Source: an uncultured virus (IMG/VR IMGVR_UViG_3300034735_000012) (Duplodnaviria > Heunggongvirae > Uroviricota > Caudoviricetes). From it: a DNA stretch of 64,000 nt. Location: IMG/VR virus record IMGVR_UViG_3300034735_000012; one strand, 5' to 3'. The translations under genes were made by a program, and so were the position numbers. The notes under the pieces are model-generated. The model searched no databases. It was not told the origin of the DNA and saw nothing but the letters and a program-made list of their open reading frames with translations. Positions 1-9,544 of the stretch are shown here, in pieces. Each line of letters starts with the position of its first letter. Position 1 is the first letter of the stretch.

Positions 1-300
1 TTGTCCTTTTGCGTCCACGAAGCCGAAGCCAAAACTCACACTTGTGCTATCTGTTATCGTTAGTTTACCTGTGGTTGTATTCAGTCGACCAATACCACTG
101 CCATATGTACCGACCCACGATTGTCCTTTTGCGTCCACGAAGCCGAAGCCACTCTCCACATTTGTGCTATCTGTTATCGTTATTTTGCCTGTGGTTGTAT
201 TCAGTCGACCAATACCATTTCTACCTGTACCGACCCACCATTGTCCTTTTGCGTCCACGAAGCCGAAGCCAAAACTCACACTTGTGCTATCTGTTTGCGA
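1..300 (-). repeat. 120-bp tandem repeat (2.5 copies visible) encoding 40-aa propeller blades
   Basis: Blocks starting at 1, 121 and 241 are near-identical, as are those at 61 and 181. GC is about 47% (56/120 in the first unit), far above the flanks. Confidence 0.95.
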
Positions 301-3003
301 GAACGTACCACCTTTTACAGTTGTTATAGTAGTGCCAAAACCAATCTTAGCCCCATCATAAAAAAGCAAGCCGCCCCACTTCCCATTTTTTACCCATTCA
401 CCGTCATTATATTTAGTATAAGTATCATTAGTACCAATTGGCTTAACTAAGACAAATTTGCCTCCTTTGATGTAATATCCTGTATAACCTGTAGCAGAAT
501 CAGGTAACCCTTGCCATGATTTTATTTGTGTAGTAGTAAACCAACCACTATGAGTTTTGAAGTATTGATTTAGACTATATCTATCACCATAAAATGAATC
601 TACAGTAATAAGGTCTTTATTAATATTACAACTATAACCATAATTGTTTAATATATTTATTTTAGTTTTTGCATGAGACAATATAACAGCATTATCTTTT
701 TCTAATGTTGCAAGATCAAAAATATATGCAGTGCTATTTATAAGATCAGAAAACAAAAACAGATCGTCATACATTGAAAAGCACGAATAATGATTAAAGT
801 TGTTAGACTTTGCTTGATTAGTAGCAGTCAATTTATGTTTTATATCTAAATCATGTAAAAGAGTTTCAAATTTACCTATGCTTTCATCAGTGGCAATCCA
901 TTGAGTTTTGTTTTTATCGTCAATAGCAAATCCAAAATCAGTTGTTGTATTTGGGATCATTTCAATTTTATTATTTTTTAATTTAGCCAATCCTTTGGAT
1001 TTTGTTCCAAAATATCTAACGTCTTCATATACAAATGTAAAGCCATCGCTTAAATCTGTATTATCAATAATAGTTAATTTATTATCGCTATCTAATACGC
1101 CTAATCCTTTGTTAGAAGCAGCATATGTTTTTTTATCAACTTTATCTACATAACTAAAGCCACTGCTTTGCAGTTTATTATTTATTTCAGTTATTTCCCC
1201 AGCTGAATTTGGTTCTATTAAGCCATCAGTTGTAGTGCTTAAAAGAGGTCTGCTTTTTACTTTAAAGCCATCACTTACTTGAGTTTCATCAGTTATCTCA
1301 AGCACATTATTTTCAGTGATTTCTTCGTTAAGATATTCTTTTGCAATTTCATAATATTTTTTGTTTTTTACTGTTTTTTTAGTAGGCACAATTGATGCTA
1401 CTAGATTGTTTTTATGGACTGATCCGTCAAAAGTATTTTCATCTGCTATAGGGTTTTTATTTGCTATAGGATTTACAATATTATAAGCATTTACTTTTTC
1501 AGCTATAATAGCTTTTCCAGTTTCTGGAGAGCCGTCTTTAGATTTAGGATATATCTCTAACAGACTGCTTTTGAGATATTTATTAACTGATTTAATATCT
1601 AAGTTATCAAAAAATCGCAGATATCCCCAGTCTTTATCAGTTGCATGATCTTTTTCAGCAGGGTCTTCCAACTCATCTACAAGCCCCTCTTTATCAAACA
1701 CATATATTTTATTGTCATTATTTTTTCCTTTAAATAAATATTTATCTTTCTCTGTATCTGCAACTTCTGCTTGCACGGCCTCTGTTTTAGAAGTTAAATC
1801 TGTTTTTTGAGCATATTTTTTAAAACTTTTATATGTTGGAGATTGAGTTCGATCAGAATAGTTGTTTTTTTCTACTAACAATCCTTTTGTGCCAAAATTT
1901 TTTGGTCTAAGATAAAGCAAATCAGGATTGTTATTGATATAATCAGGATTTACTGCTGATCTATATGTAGATTTATTGTCATATAGATACGTAGTTCTTT
2001 GTTTGTTGGCAGCAGGAAGATTGTCAAAATACTTATTTAAGTCCAGATAAACCGTCGCTTTCATTGCTTTAGCTGTTGTATCAAACCCTAAAATATGCGT
2101 TTTAGTATTTTTGTTTGGGTCTACGTAGAATCTCTGATAATTAGCTAACTTACCCATCAAATATTTTGGAGATAAAAGGTAGCTAGGGTTTTTATCAGTT
2201 ATTATTCCAAATTTAGCCAACCCTTTAGTATTGCTTGTTGCATAAGGGATTTTTAATGAATTTATTTTCTTTAATAAAAAGTTAGGCGGATTCTGACCAT
2301 CTGTTGATCCTAAATATAAATCTGCTTTAGTCGCATCATATGGTATCCTTATTGCGTTTTTAGATATTAATTGAGTAAATAATTGATTAAGCAAAAAAGG
2401 AGTTGCTGCGTCATTTGAAACTGTGCTATTTGCAAATTGTATAAACCAATATTCATTTCCATTTTTGTTTTTATATATATCAGATACCCATGTGTCTCCT
2501 TGTTTAAAATATCCTGTATTTTCATCTGGTGTTTCCTTTACGTAATTTTCTGTACTAAAAATATCCTTATCAAAGACAATATCGCCTTTATAATCATTAA
2601 CAGAAAATACTTCTGATCTATTAAAGATCAGAATTGTTGATGTTTCGTTGTTATATTCTAACTGTTCATCAGCATCAACGTCTGACGGTTTATAGTTAAT
2701 AGTATTATTATCTATAAACATTTCATTTGATTTTTGATTTGCTGGGGATATTTCGGGATTATTTGTTGTATCAATAAATGCCCCTTGCGAAACTTCTTTT
2801 TTAACTTCATCTAGCAAATAATTACTAAAAACTTTTTTTCTTAGACTATCTATATATTTCAGATCATTTATTACTTTATTTAATTCTTCACTGCTATCAT
2901 AAATTTTTGATAAATTAGTTACTAATATATTTAGTTTTTCAAGTAATTCTGCTTTTGCAGTAACTAGTTCTTTTATTGATATATTTTGCTCTACTTTTTT
3001 CAT
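1..3003 (-). CDS. Tail fibre / receptor-binding protein (>1000 aa, 3'-truncated by the window edge) with C-terminal 40-aa beta-propeller repeats
   Basis: Absent from the ORF track because there is no stop in the window. Segments translated by hand from ATG 3003 (MKKVEQNISIKELVTAKAELL) to base 1 are open in one frame. Contains fibre repeats (IPYATSNTKGLAKFG, HATDKDWGYLRF), a foldon-like motif (YVKETPDENTGYFKQGDTWVS) and terminal repeats GFGFVDAKGQxWVGTxxxGIGRLNTTTGK. Confidence 0.8.
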   Translation of the reverse strand, partial: MKKVEQNISIKELVTAKAELLEKLNILVTNLSKIYDSSEELNKVINDLKYIDSLRKKVFSNYLLDEVKKEVSQGAFIDTTNNPEISPANQKSNEMFIDNNTINYKPSDVDADEQLEYNNETSTILIFNRSEVFSVNDYKGDIVFDKDIFSTENYVKETPDENTGYFKQGDTWVSDIYKNKNGNEYWFIQFANSTVSNDAATPFLLNQLFTQLISKNAIRIPYDATKADLYLGSTDGQNPPNFLLKKINSLKIPYATSNTKGLAKFGIITDKNPSYLLSPKYLMGKLANYQRFYVDPNKNTKTHILGFDTTAKAMKATVYLDLNKYFDNLPAANKQRTTYLYDNKSTYRSAVNPDYINNNPDLLYLRPKNFGTKGLLVEKNNYSDRTQSPTYKSFKKYAQKTDLTSKTEAVQAEVADTEKDKYLFKGKNNDNKIYVFDKEGLVDELEDPAEKDHATDKDWGYLRFFDNLDIKSVNKYLKSSLLEIYPKSKDGSPETGKAIIAEKVNAYNIVNPIANKNPIADENTFDGSVHKNNLVASIVPTKKTVKNKKYYEIAKEYLNEEITENNVLEITDETQVSDGFKVKSRPLLSTTTDGLIEPNSAGEITEINNKLQSSGFSYVDKVDKKTYAASNKGLGVLDSDNKLTIIDNTDLSDGFTFVYEDVRYFGTKSKGLAKLKNNKIEMIPNTTTDFGFAIDDKNKTQWIATDESIGKFETLLHDLDIKHKLTATNQAKSNNFNHYSCFSMYDDLFLFSDLINSTAYIFDLATLEKDNAVILSHAKTKINILNNYGYSCNINKDLITVDSFYGDRYSLNQYFKTHSGWFTTTQIKSWQGLPDSATGYTGYYIKGGKFVLVKPIGTNDTYTKYNDGEWVKNGKWGGLLFYDGAKIGFGTTITTVKGGTFSQTDSTSVSFGFGFVDAKGQWWVGTGRNGIGRLNTTTGKITITDSTNVESGFGFVDAKGQSWVGTYGSGIGRLNTTTGKLTITDSTSVSFGFGFVDAKGQ

Positions 3004-3022
3004 AGATAGTCCGTTATTGCAA

Positions 3023-5749
3023 TTAGTAAATAAAAATTAAGTCTTTATTTATACCTTCATTCTCGATAGTATTATTTGGAGTTATTAACCAATTAAATTC
3101 CCTATCGATATTTTTTTTCTTTATTTCTTGTTCAACTATTTGTTTATTTTTATATATTATTGCCGATATTCCGTTACGTATAAATAGTATATTTGTAGCA
3201 TCAAAATCTCCTAAAGGAATATCCTGCGTAATAACTTTAAGATTTTTATCATAAAATGCTAGTAACTTTTCTTTTGTAGCTTTATTTTCAAGAGCATAAA
3301 TAATTTTATTTTTTGTAAAGTATGTAGCAAGCAAAATAACATTATTATTAATAGGAGCTAATGCAGAACTTACTTCAAAACCTGATATAGAATTTTTATC
3401 TTTTTTTATTACTAATGTTATGTAAATACCGACATCTAGCTGTACATTTATTTCATTTTCTAAAGACAATATAGATAATATTTTAAAATTAGCATTTATG
3501 TTTCGTATGTTTGTTATGTATTGGTATAAAAAATGAGTAGACGTTTGCTTTTTAATCCAGTAGCTAAGTAAATTATAAAGATTATTTGAAAACGGCAATG
3601 GTTTTTGGTACAGCAATGTATTTGTTTTTTTGTGGATATTAGGTTGCGATAAATCATTGTATTGAAATATAGCTATATTATTATCAATAGCTACAGTTAA
3701 CTCTATACCTCCATTTTTTTGATTAAAACTATCTATTACAACCTTTCTTTTTGTATGTAATTTTATTGATGGATATTCCCGTGATACTAGCTGTGCAGAT
3801 ATAGTAAAAGTATTATTAACAATATCTACAGAATATATTGATATACTTAATATTCCTTTAACACTATCAGTTAAAAATAGTACATATTTATCTTTAATCA
3901 CATTACCTTGATAATCTATTTTTTTAGTTATGTTTATTTTTACATGATCTGTATCTGCTCCTAGATTTATTGATTTAGAAGCAACTTTTTCTACATAGTT
4001 GTTATGGTCTTCTGGTGTAATTCTATATATATTAAGATTTTCGCCAATAGATGTCTTTTCAATAATAGCAAAAATTTCATCGACATCATCACAATTTTTA
4101 GTATCTACAGCCATATCTATAATACTAATATTGTCTACTAATAATTTTTTCCTATTTGATTTTTTAGAGAGTTCGCTAAATACGACATAATCAGAGGATT
4201 GTATGTTTGTTATATTACTATTTTTAACTGCTGATAGCTTATTAGTTTTTTTAGGCATTATATTATTATTTATTAATTCTAATAACTTTTTAACAGTTAC
4301 AGCATCTTCTAATTTTATTAAATCTTGAGCCTTTCTACTTGCTTTTGTGATATTCGATATATCTGTTAAAACTAATTCGCCTTTTTTATTAGTATCATTT
4401 TTTAATCCGTATGTTTTATCATCTGTGTTAGTATATCCAGCAGATTTATTTTGGAATAATTTATTAATTATATTGTAAGCATCTTCTGCTTTAATTGCTT
4501 CTGTTTGATTACTTTTTATTGTATTTTGTGCAAATTTTGCTGAACCAATATTTGTAGTTGTTGCCAATTGCTTTTGTAAAACTTTAAGATTATTTTGCTG
4601 TACTACATAATATTCATATTTTTTTAATGGTTTAGGTATCTGTAGCAAAGGAACACCTGTGATTTGCGATATATTTTCTAATCGCATTACATCTGTATCA
4701 TTTAATTTATCATAATTTCCTTGTATATATCTAACATAACCAGTAGTAATATTAGATACTTTCCTAGTAATATAATCGTTATAGTCAGGTACTTTTGTTA
4801 TCTTTGAGTTTAAAGCTACCCATTTCCCATTGTTTCTAACAGTGATAACATTAGATTGAAAAGGATCTTCTACAAGTTTAGCTTTTTCTTTATCAGCTTC
4901 ATTTTTGAAATTTTTAGCTGACAGTATTTCATGGTATGACGTTATACCTTTTTCTTTTATTGTTGCCGTTACTGGATTGGGTACTATATAACTATCCCAA
5001 AAATTTTTACCGTTAAGATCAACTCCGTAAACATATAAGCCATCTTTTAAAGGAGCATCTTTTTGCTTAAGTATCGTTTTATCCAGATATGACGCAAGTA
5101 ATAGCGGACTTACTAATAAATCTTCATCGTTATTTAGTAGGGTTGCATATTTAGCCAAGCCTTGTGAAACTTTTGTTGCTATATATGGTATTAAAAAAAA
5201 GGGAATCCATTTATTTTTTGTCCGTATAAATGCAAGTTCATTTCTCGGTGCTTCTTCTATTGCAGTATTTCCTACTTTAGATAAAAAATCATTTTTTGTT
5301 AATACAATATCTTTTTGTTTATTATTAAATGATGTTATCTTGTTCCTTTCATTTATAGCAACATATTCGCCTTTATATTCTGTTCTAATAGCAAAAAAAG
5401 GGTCTTTTTTTTCCATACAATCTAAATTCATTGTATATTCATTTATGACAGCTGCTGTTTTTTCAAGGTATTTTTTTAATTCGGACTCTGTTGCTTTACT
5501 AGTAGGTTCACACTCAATTAATTTTTTAGTACCCTCTACAAGTACATTTTTAGATAATGTATATATCTGTTTTATTTTGTCATTTTTTTCATTTATTGCT
5601 TTATATATTTTATCTAAATCATTATCTTTTAGTGCGTTGAAAATTTCTGTTATTTCCTTTATAGTTTTTACTATAAAATCATATGTATTAATAGTTGTGT
5701 TAAGCTCTGTGCAAACATTAATATTTACCTCTTTGTAACAATTCTTCAT
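3023..5749 (-). CDS. Tail fibre protein (908 aa)
   Basis: Fibre repeats (ATKVSQGLAKYA, ATIKEKGITSY, ATTTNIGSAKFA), foldon-like IEEAPRNELAFIRTKNKWIP, beta-rich C-terminal domain; lies in the tail module. Confidence 0.75.
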   Translation of the reverse strand: MKNCYKEVNINVCTELNTTINTYDFIVKTIKEITEIFNALKDNDLDKIYKAINEKNDKIKQIYTLSKNVLVEGTKKLIECEPTSKATESELKKYLEKTAAVINEYTMNLDCMEKKDPFFAIRTEYKGEYVAINERNKITSFNNKQKDIVLTKNDFLSKVGNTAIEEAPRNELAFIRTKNKWIPFFLIPYIATKVSQGLAKYATLLNNDEDLLVSPLLLASYLDKTILKQKDAPLKDGLYVYGVDLNGKNFWDSYIVPNPVTATIKEKGITSYHEILSAKNFKNEADKEKAKLVEDPFQSNVITVRNNGKWVALNSKITKVPDYNDYITRKVSNITTGYVRYIQGNYDKLNDTDVMRLENISQITGVPLLQIPKPLKKYEYYVVQQNNLKVLQKQLATTTNIGSAKFAQNTIKSNQTEAIKAEDAYNIINKLFQNKSAGYTNTDDKTYGLKNDTNKKGELVLTDISNITKASRKAQDLIKLEDAVTVKKLLELINNNIMPKKTNKLSAVKNSNITNIQSSDYVVFSELSKKSNRKKLLVDNISIIDMAVDTKNCDDVDEIFAIIEKTSIGENLNIYRITPEDHNNYVEKVASKSINLGADTDHVKINITKKIDYQGNVIKDKYVLFLTDSVKGILSISIYSVDIVNNTFTISAQLVSREYPSIKLHTKRKVVIDSFNQKNGGIELTVAIDNNIAIFQYNDLSQPNIHKKTNTLLYQKPLPFSNNLYNLLSYWIKKQTSTHFLYQYITNIRNINANFKILSILSLENEINVQLDVGIYITLVIKKDKNSISGFEVSSALAPINNNVILLATYFTKNKIIYALENKATKEKLLAFYDKNLKVITQDIPLGDFDATNILFIRNGISAIIYKNKQIVEQEIKKKNIDREFNWLITPNNTIENEGINKDLIFIY

Positions 5750-5895
5750 TTTGTTTGCTCCAATTCTTGTATTTTATCGTCTAGCTGTTTTAGTCTATCA
5801 TTGATTTCTTTTAACACATTAAAAACCGAAAACGTCCATATTGACAGCGGTTTATCTTCTAGTATAGGGGGGGTATTGATAATTATATCATTCAT
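5746..5895 (-). CDS. Small 49-aa coiled-coil protein in the tail module
   Basis: Hand-translated MNDIIINTPPILEDKPLSIWTFSVFNVLKEINDRLKQLDDKIQELEQTK. ATGA overlaps with both neighbours indicate translational coupling. Confidence 0.7.
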   Translation of the reverse strand: MNDIIINTPPILEDKPLSIWTFSVFNVLKEINDRLKQLDDKIQELEQTK

Positions 5896-7526
5896 TTTGA
5901 AGACTTCCTTTTTTTCATTTCAGTAATTGATGACGCAAATGAAACTTCAAACAATAGTCCTTTAAAGACAACTTCATATTGCCATTTTTTTAATTTTTTA
6001 GGTACATTTATTTTATAAACAAGCTCGGAACATATCTGTTTAGTATAGATTTTTACATTGTTGTCATCGTAAATATTTATCAGTACAGGATAATTTTTAG
6101 CTAGTATTCTTACACAAGTTATTGAGACAGGGATATTTAAAACAAATAATTTACTTTTCCACTTGGCGATTATATGCGAATCTGCATATCTAAATATACA
6201 TGGTTTACCTTTGTCATTTAAAGCTAAATACGTTGTTTCATCTATAGATTTTGTTATGTATTTGTATTTTTTTTCGATTGTGGATATATCAATTTTTTTT
6301 GATAGATTAAACTCAAGCATTCCAAAATCTGTTTTTAGTATATAATTATTTTTATACTTAAAACCATGCATAGTTTTAGGGTTTAAATCACGCCATTGTT
6401 TATGCGTAAAAACATCTTTGGTTATATTGACGTTTTTACCTTTTTCTACTACAGATAATCCCTCATCTGTTGCAAAAAACAACTTATCTTCTATTGTTAT
6501 GATTGATTGTTTAGACATGCACGAAATATTGGGTATTAGCAGAATAGCCGATAATGCTTCTGCTTTTTCTCCTGTTAGGAGATATAGCCCGAGGTTTGTT
6601 AACACATATATACCCATTGATCCTACAGCTAAACCTACGATTAGTCTCTCTGGTATATAATACTGTTGATTTTTTGGATATGCTGATGGAACATTCGGTG
6701 CTGATATAGCAACAGTATTTTCATATGCAATTACAGTATGCCCTTTACTATCAGAAATTAAATGTTTTATGTTTTCTTTAGGTGGCAACCAGTTTTCAGT
6801 TACCGCTTTTTCTTCTAATTCAAAACTATTTTTTCTATCAATATAGGTTGTTAGCTTTAAACCAGAAACATCAAATTCATCGACATATTGCCATATTGTT
6901 TTTTTTGTTCCTGTGTTGCTACGATATAAACGTACTTTTATTTTACCTTTTTTTAGATTATAACCATCTGGTATGCTATTTAATTTTACCTCTATAGATA
7001 TAGTATTTTTTTTACCTGATAATAAGACTTCTTCACTTAATGATATTATATTGCTCGGGTCGCTTAATGAACCCTCATTCCTAAATCCATCTACAATAGA
7101 AATTCTATATGCTACCATTTCCGAATCTTTCTTTTTTTCATGGTTTATATCAGCGTTTGCTTTTATAGTTACATCTGGCTTAGGTATACCTGCTAAATAA
7201 TTTATCCCATCTTTAGAATGAGTATAAAGTTTTTTATCTTTTCCTACATAATAAAAATATTTTTCCTTTATACTTAAAAATTCATTTACGACATCTGGCA
7301 AATAATCAAATGCATAATAAAAATTTTTATCATTTCTTTTGTAGTAAATTATTTTTTTAGTATTTTTATCTGTATCTATTCCAATATCGATATCGATATC
7401 ATCATTAATAGAGTTTAATAAATTATCAAATTCGCAATTTTCTGCAATAACAGAATTTTCAAAAGGTAACATCATCGGATCTTTCTTAGGAATGATTCCC
7501 GAGAATTTAGTGAAATCTACTTTCAC
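5892..7526 (-). CDS. Tail nozzle / DNA stabilisation-like protein (544 aa)
   Basis: N-terminal FSGIIPKKDPMMLP...AENC, RLYRS, propeller-like C-half with AYP and WKSK motifs typical of podovirus tail tube/nozzle proteins; gene position. Confidence 0.65.
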   Translation of the reverse strand: MKVDFTKFSGIIPKKDPMMLPFENSVIAENCEFDNLLNSINDDIDIDIGIDTDKNTKKIIYYKRNDKNFYYAFDYLPDVVNEFLSIKEKYFYYVGKDKKLYTHSKDGINYLAGIPKPDVTIKANADINHEKKKDSEMVAYRISIVDGFRNEGSLSDPSNIISLSEEVLLSGKKNTISIEVKLNSIPDGYNLKKGKIKVRLYRSNTGTKKTIWQYVDEFDVSGLKLTTYIDRKNSFELEEKAVTENWLPPKENIKHLISDSKGHTVIAYENTVAISAPNVPSAYPKNQQYYIPERLIVGLAVGSMGIYVLTNLGLYLLTGEKAEALSAILLIPNISCMSKQSIITIEDKLFFATDEGLSVVEKGKNVNITKDVFTHKQWRDLNPKTMHGFKYKNNYILKTDFGMLEFNLSKKIDISTIEKKYKYITKSIDETTYLALNDKGKPCIFRYADSHIIAKWKSKLFVLNIPVSITCVRILAKNYPVLINIYDDNNVKIYTKQICSELVYKINVPKKLKKWQYEVVFKGLLFEVSFASSITEMKKRKSSK

Positions 7527-7528
7527 GA

Positions 7529-9544
7529 TTATGTTTCCTGAAATTTAGTTGCTTTAACTTCTTTCCATTGATTTGTTGCTTTTACATATGTATGTGATAT
7601 AGGTATCCATTGGTTTCCCGTTTTATCTAAGTAATACGATTCTTTAATAACAATTATTTTACTAGAGATTGGAGGACTTAATACATTTGTAGTTGTGTTA
7701 AATGGTAACGGTGTAGAGTGAGTATTTAATACAAAACATATATCCCCATTCACACCAACTTTATCGCTCGGTGGCAAGTCTTTTTTTATGTATGTAGTAG
7801 TTTCTTTGCTAGTTGTTTTTGCCCCGTAATAATCTTCTAGTTGAGTGCTATTATTAGATGGATTTATTTCTATCCAATTTCCATTATAAATAGCGTATTG
7901 CTTATTATCTGGTGGAGTAAAATTATAATCTGCTATTTTAAAATCATCTAAAAATGAATGTATAAACTCAAAATCTATAACATCATTTTCAAATTTTTCA
8001 ATTTCTGCTAAATCAGCAGTTGTGAATTTTTTATTAGCTAATATTTTTTCAAGGAACTTTTTAACTGCTGTATATGTAGCTTTTTTTACAAGACCTAATT
8101 TAACCTCTGTAGCTTTATCGCTTATCCCTCTCACTATTTGTAGTGGAATAAATGCACCATTTTTTAAGCCATACAATGTATCTGACGGATTATTGTCTGA
8201 TATAGGCTCTAGCAATGATATTTTTGTTGCTAAATATTTTTCAAGAGTATCTTGAGTTACTCCTTTTATTTTTACAAAATTTTTATTTTGTATATTTTGT
8301 AATGTTTCATATTGCATTAAACCAACTTGAGTTACTGACGCAACATCTTCTTTTAATATTTCCCACCCTGTACTTGTTAAAATGTAATCGCCAGTGGCAG
8401 TTAATTTTCTTGCGTTATTTAATGGGGTATTATTAATATAATCGTGGAATACCTCTGCTGATACAGCTCTTAATAATTTAGATTTTCCATGTATTTCAGT
8501 TAATGTTGCTAATCTAACGACACCTTTTACTGCAGCTGTAGCTTTATTTAAATTAAATGTTTGAGGGTCATAAGCACTCGCTATCAAAACCCATTGATTT
8601 TTTAATCGACCATAAACAGGGAGCTTATTACTTCCTGCAGCCATATTTGTAAGGACAACTTCATTTACAGGGTTATGATGGTCGAACTCTCTTTTTACAT
8701 CTTGAGGGCTTACTGCTAGCAAATCTTCCTTATTTGCTATATCTGTTGGAGTAGCAAACTTAACTAAACCAGTATCATCATATGTAGCATTAACAGGTAT
8801 AATTGTTGGTGGTGCTTCAATAAGGCCATTTTTAGATATAAGATAATATTTTTTAGGATCAGTTTTTACTTTTTTTACATATGTATTTAATTTATCTAGT
8901 ACTTGCTTTAGTGTAATATATGCATCATTTATTTTCCCATCAATCGCTTCTTTGTCTGTAGACTGCTTTGCATAGCCATATTGTGTAGTAGTAGCATTTT
9001 TTATTTCATTTTTTAATTCTACCCATCTGCCACCCTTTCTTAAATATGGAGTATTTGGATCACTAGGTTTTTCTACAAATCCTAAATCTTTTGCTTGTAA
9101 ATAAATATCGCCAGTTAGCTTTTCTTTACTATTTGGCAGAGTAATACTTGATACATAATCTTTTTGAGATAGTACGTATATTCTTTTTTTAAACTTAGAA
9201 TAAAAAACAATATCGCCTTCATCATAAAAAATACCATCTAGCGTACCTGTATTTTTAGCTACAAAAATATAAGAGTGTTCTGGTTTGTTTGAAGAAGTTG
9301 GGAATGCTTCTAATGGGTCGTAATAGATGCCATGCTCTACTAGCAACCCTACTTCTTTTATTAACTGAAATTTCTCTTTTAATGTACTGCTTTCTAAATC
9401 TAAATCATTATTAGCTTTTTCTAAATCTTCTAATATTTTTTTAGGATTTTCTTTAAATTGTGTAGTTATAGTTACAAATAATGCTTGTAACTTTTTAATT
9501 TCATTATCTATTTCTATATCGATGTTTGTTACTAAATTAGACAT
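7529..9544 (-). CDS. Tail fibre protein (671 aa)
   Basis: Five fibre repeats (NATTTQYGYAKQS, NATYDDTGLVKFAT, KATAAVKGVVRLAT, ASVTQVGLMQY, KATEVKLGLVKKAT) alternating with foldon-like motifs. Confidence 0.8.
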   Translation of the reverse strand: MSNLVTNIDIEIDNEIKKLQALFVTITTQFKENPKKILEDLEKANNDLDLESSTLKEKFQLIKEVGLLVEHGIYYDPLEAFPTSSNKPEHSYIFVAKNTGTLDGIFYDEGDIVFYSKFKKRIYVLSQKDYVSSITLPNSKEKLTGDIYLQAKDLGFVEKPSDPNTPYLRKGGRWVELKNEIKNATTTQYGYAKQSTDKEAIDGKINDAYITLKQVLDKLNTYVKKVKTDPKKYYLISKNGLIEAPPTIIPVNATYDDTGLVKFATPTDIANKEDLLAVSPQDVKREFDHHNPVNEVVLTNMAAGSNKLPVYGRLKNQWVLIASAYDPQTFNLNKATAAVKGVVRLATLTEIHGKSKLLRAVSAEVFHDYINNTPLNNARKLTATGDYILTSTGWEILKEDVASVTQVGLMQYETLQNIQNKNFVKIKGVTQDTLEKYLATKISLLEPISDNNPSDTLYGLKNGAFIPLQIVRGISDKATEVKLGLVKKATYTAVKKFLEKILANKKFTTADLAEIEKFENDVIDFEFIHSFLDDFKIADYNFTPPDNKQYAIYNGNWIEINPSNNSTQLEDYYGAKTTSKETTTYIKKDLPPSDKVGVNGDICFVLNTHSTPLPFNTTTNVLSPPISSKIIVIKESYYLDKTGNQWIPISHTYVKATNQWKEVKATKFQET

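Noticed and set aside
1..300. CRISPR array or demonstrated DGR
   Set aside because: The units are in-frame coding repeats without unique spacers. No reverse transcriptase or template repeat is in the window, and adenine-specificity cannot be tested with 2-3 units.
9..450. Three overlapping plus-strand ORFs (9..329, 44..361, 121..450)
   Set aside because: Shadows of the GC-richer 120-bp repeat. The minus-strand frame gives a coherent propeller repeat continuous with the fibre gene.
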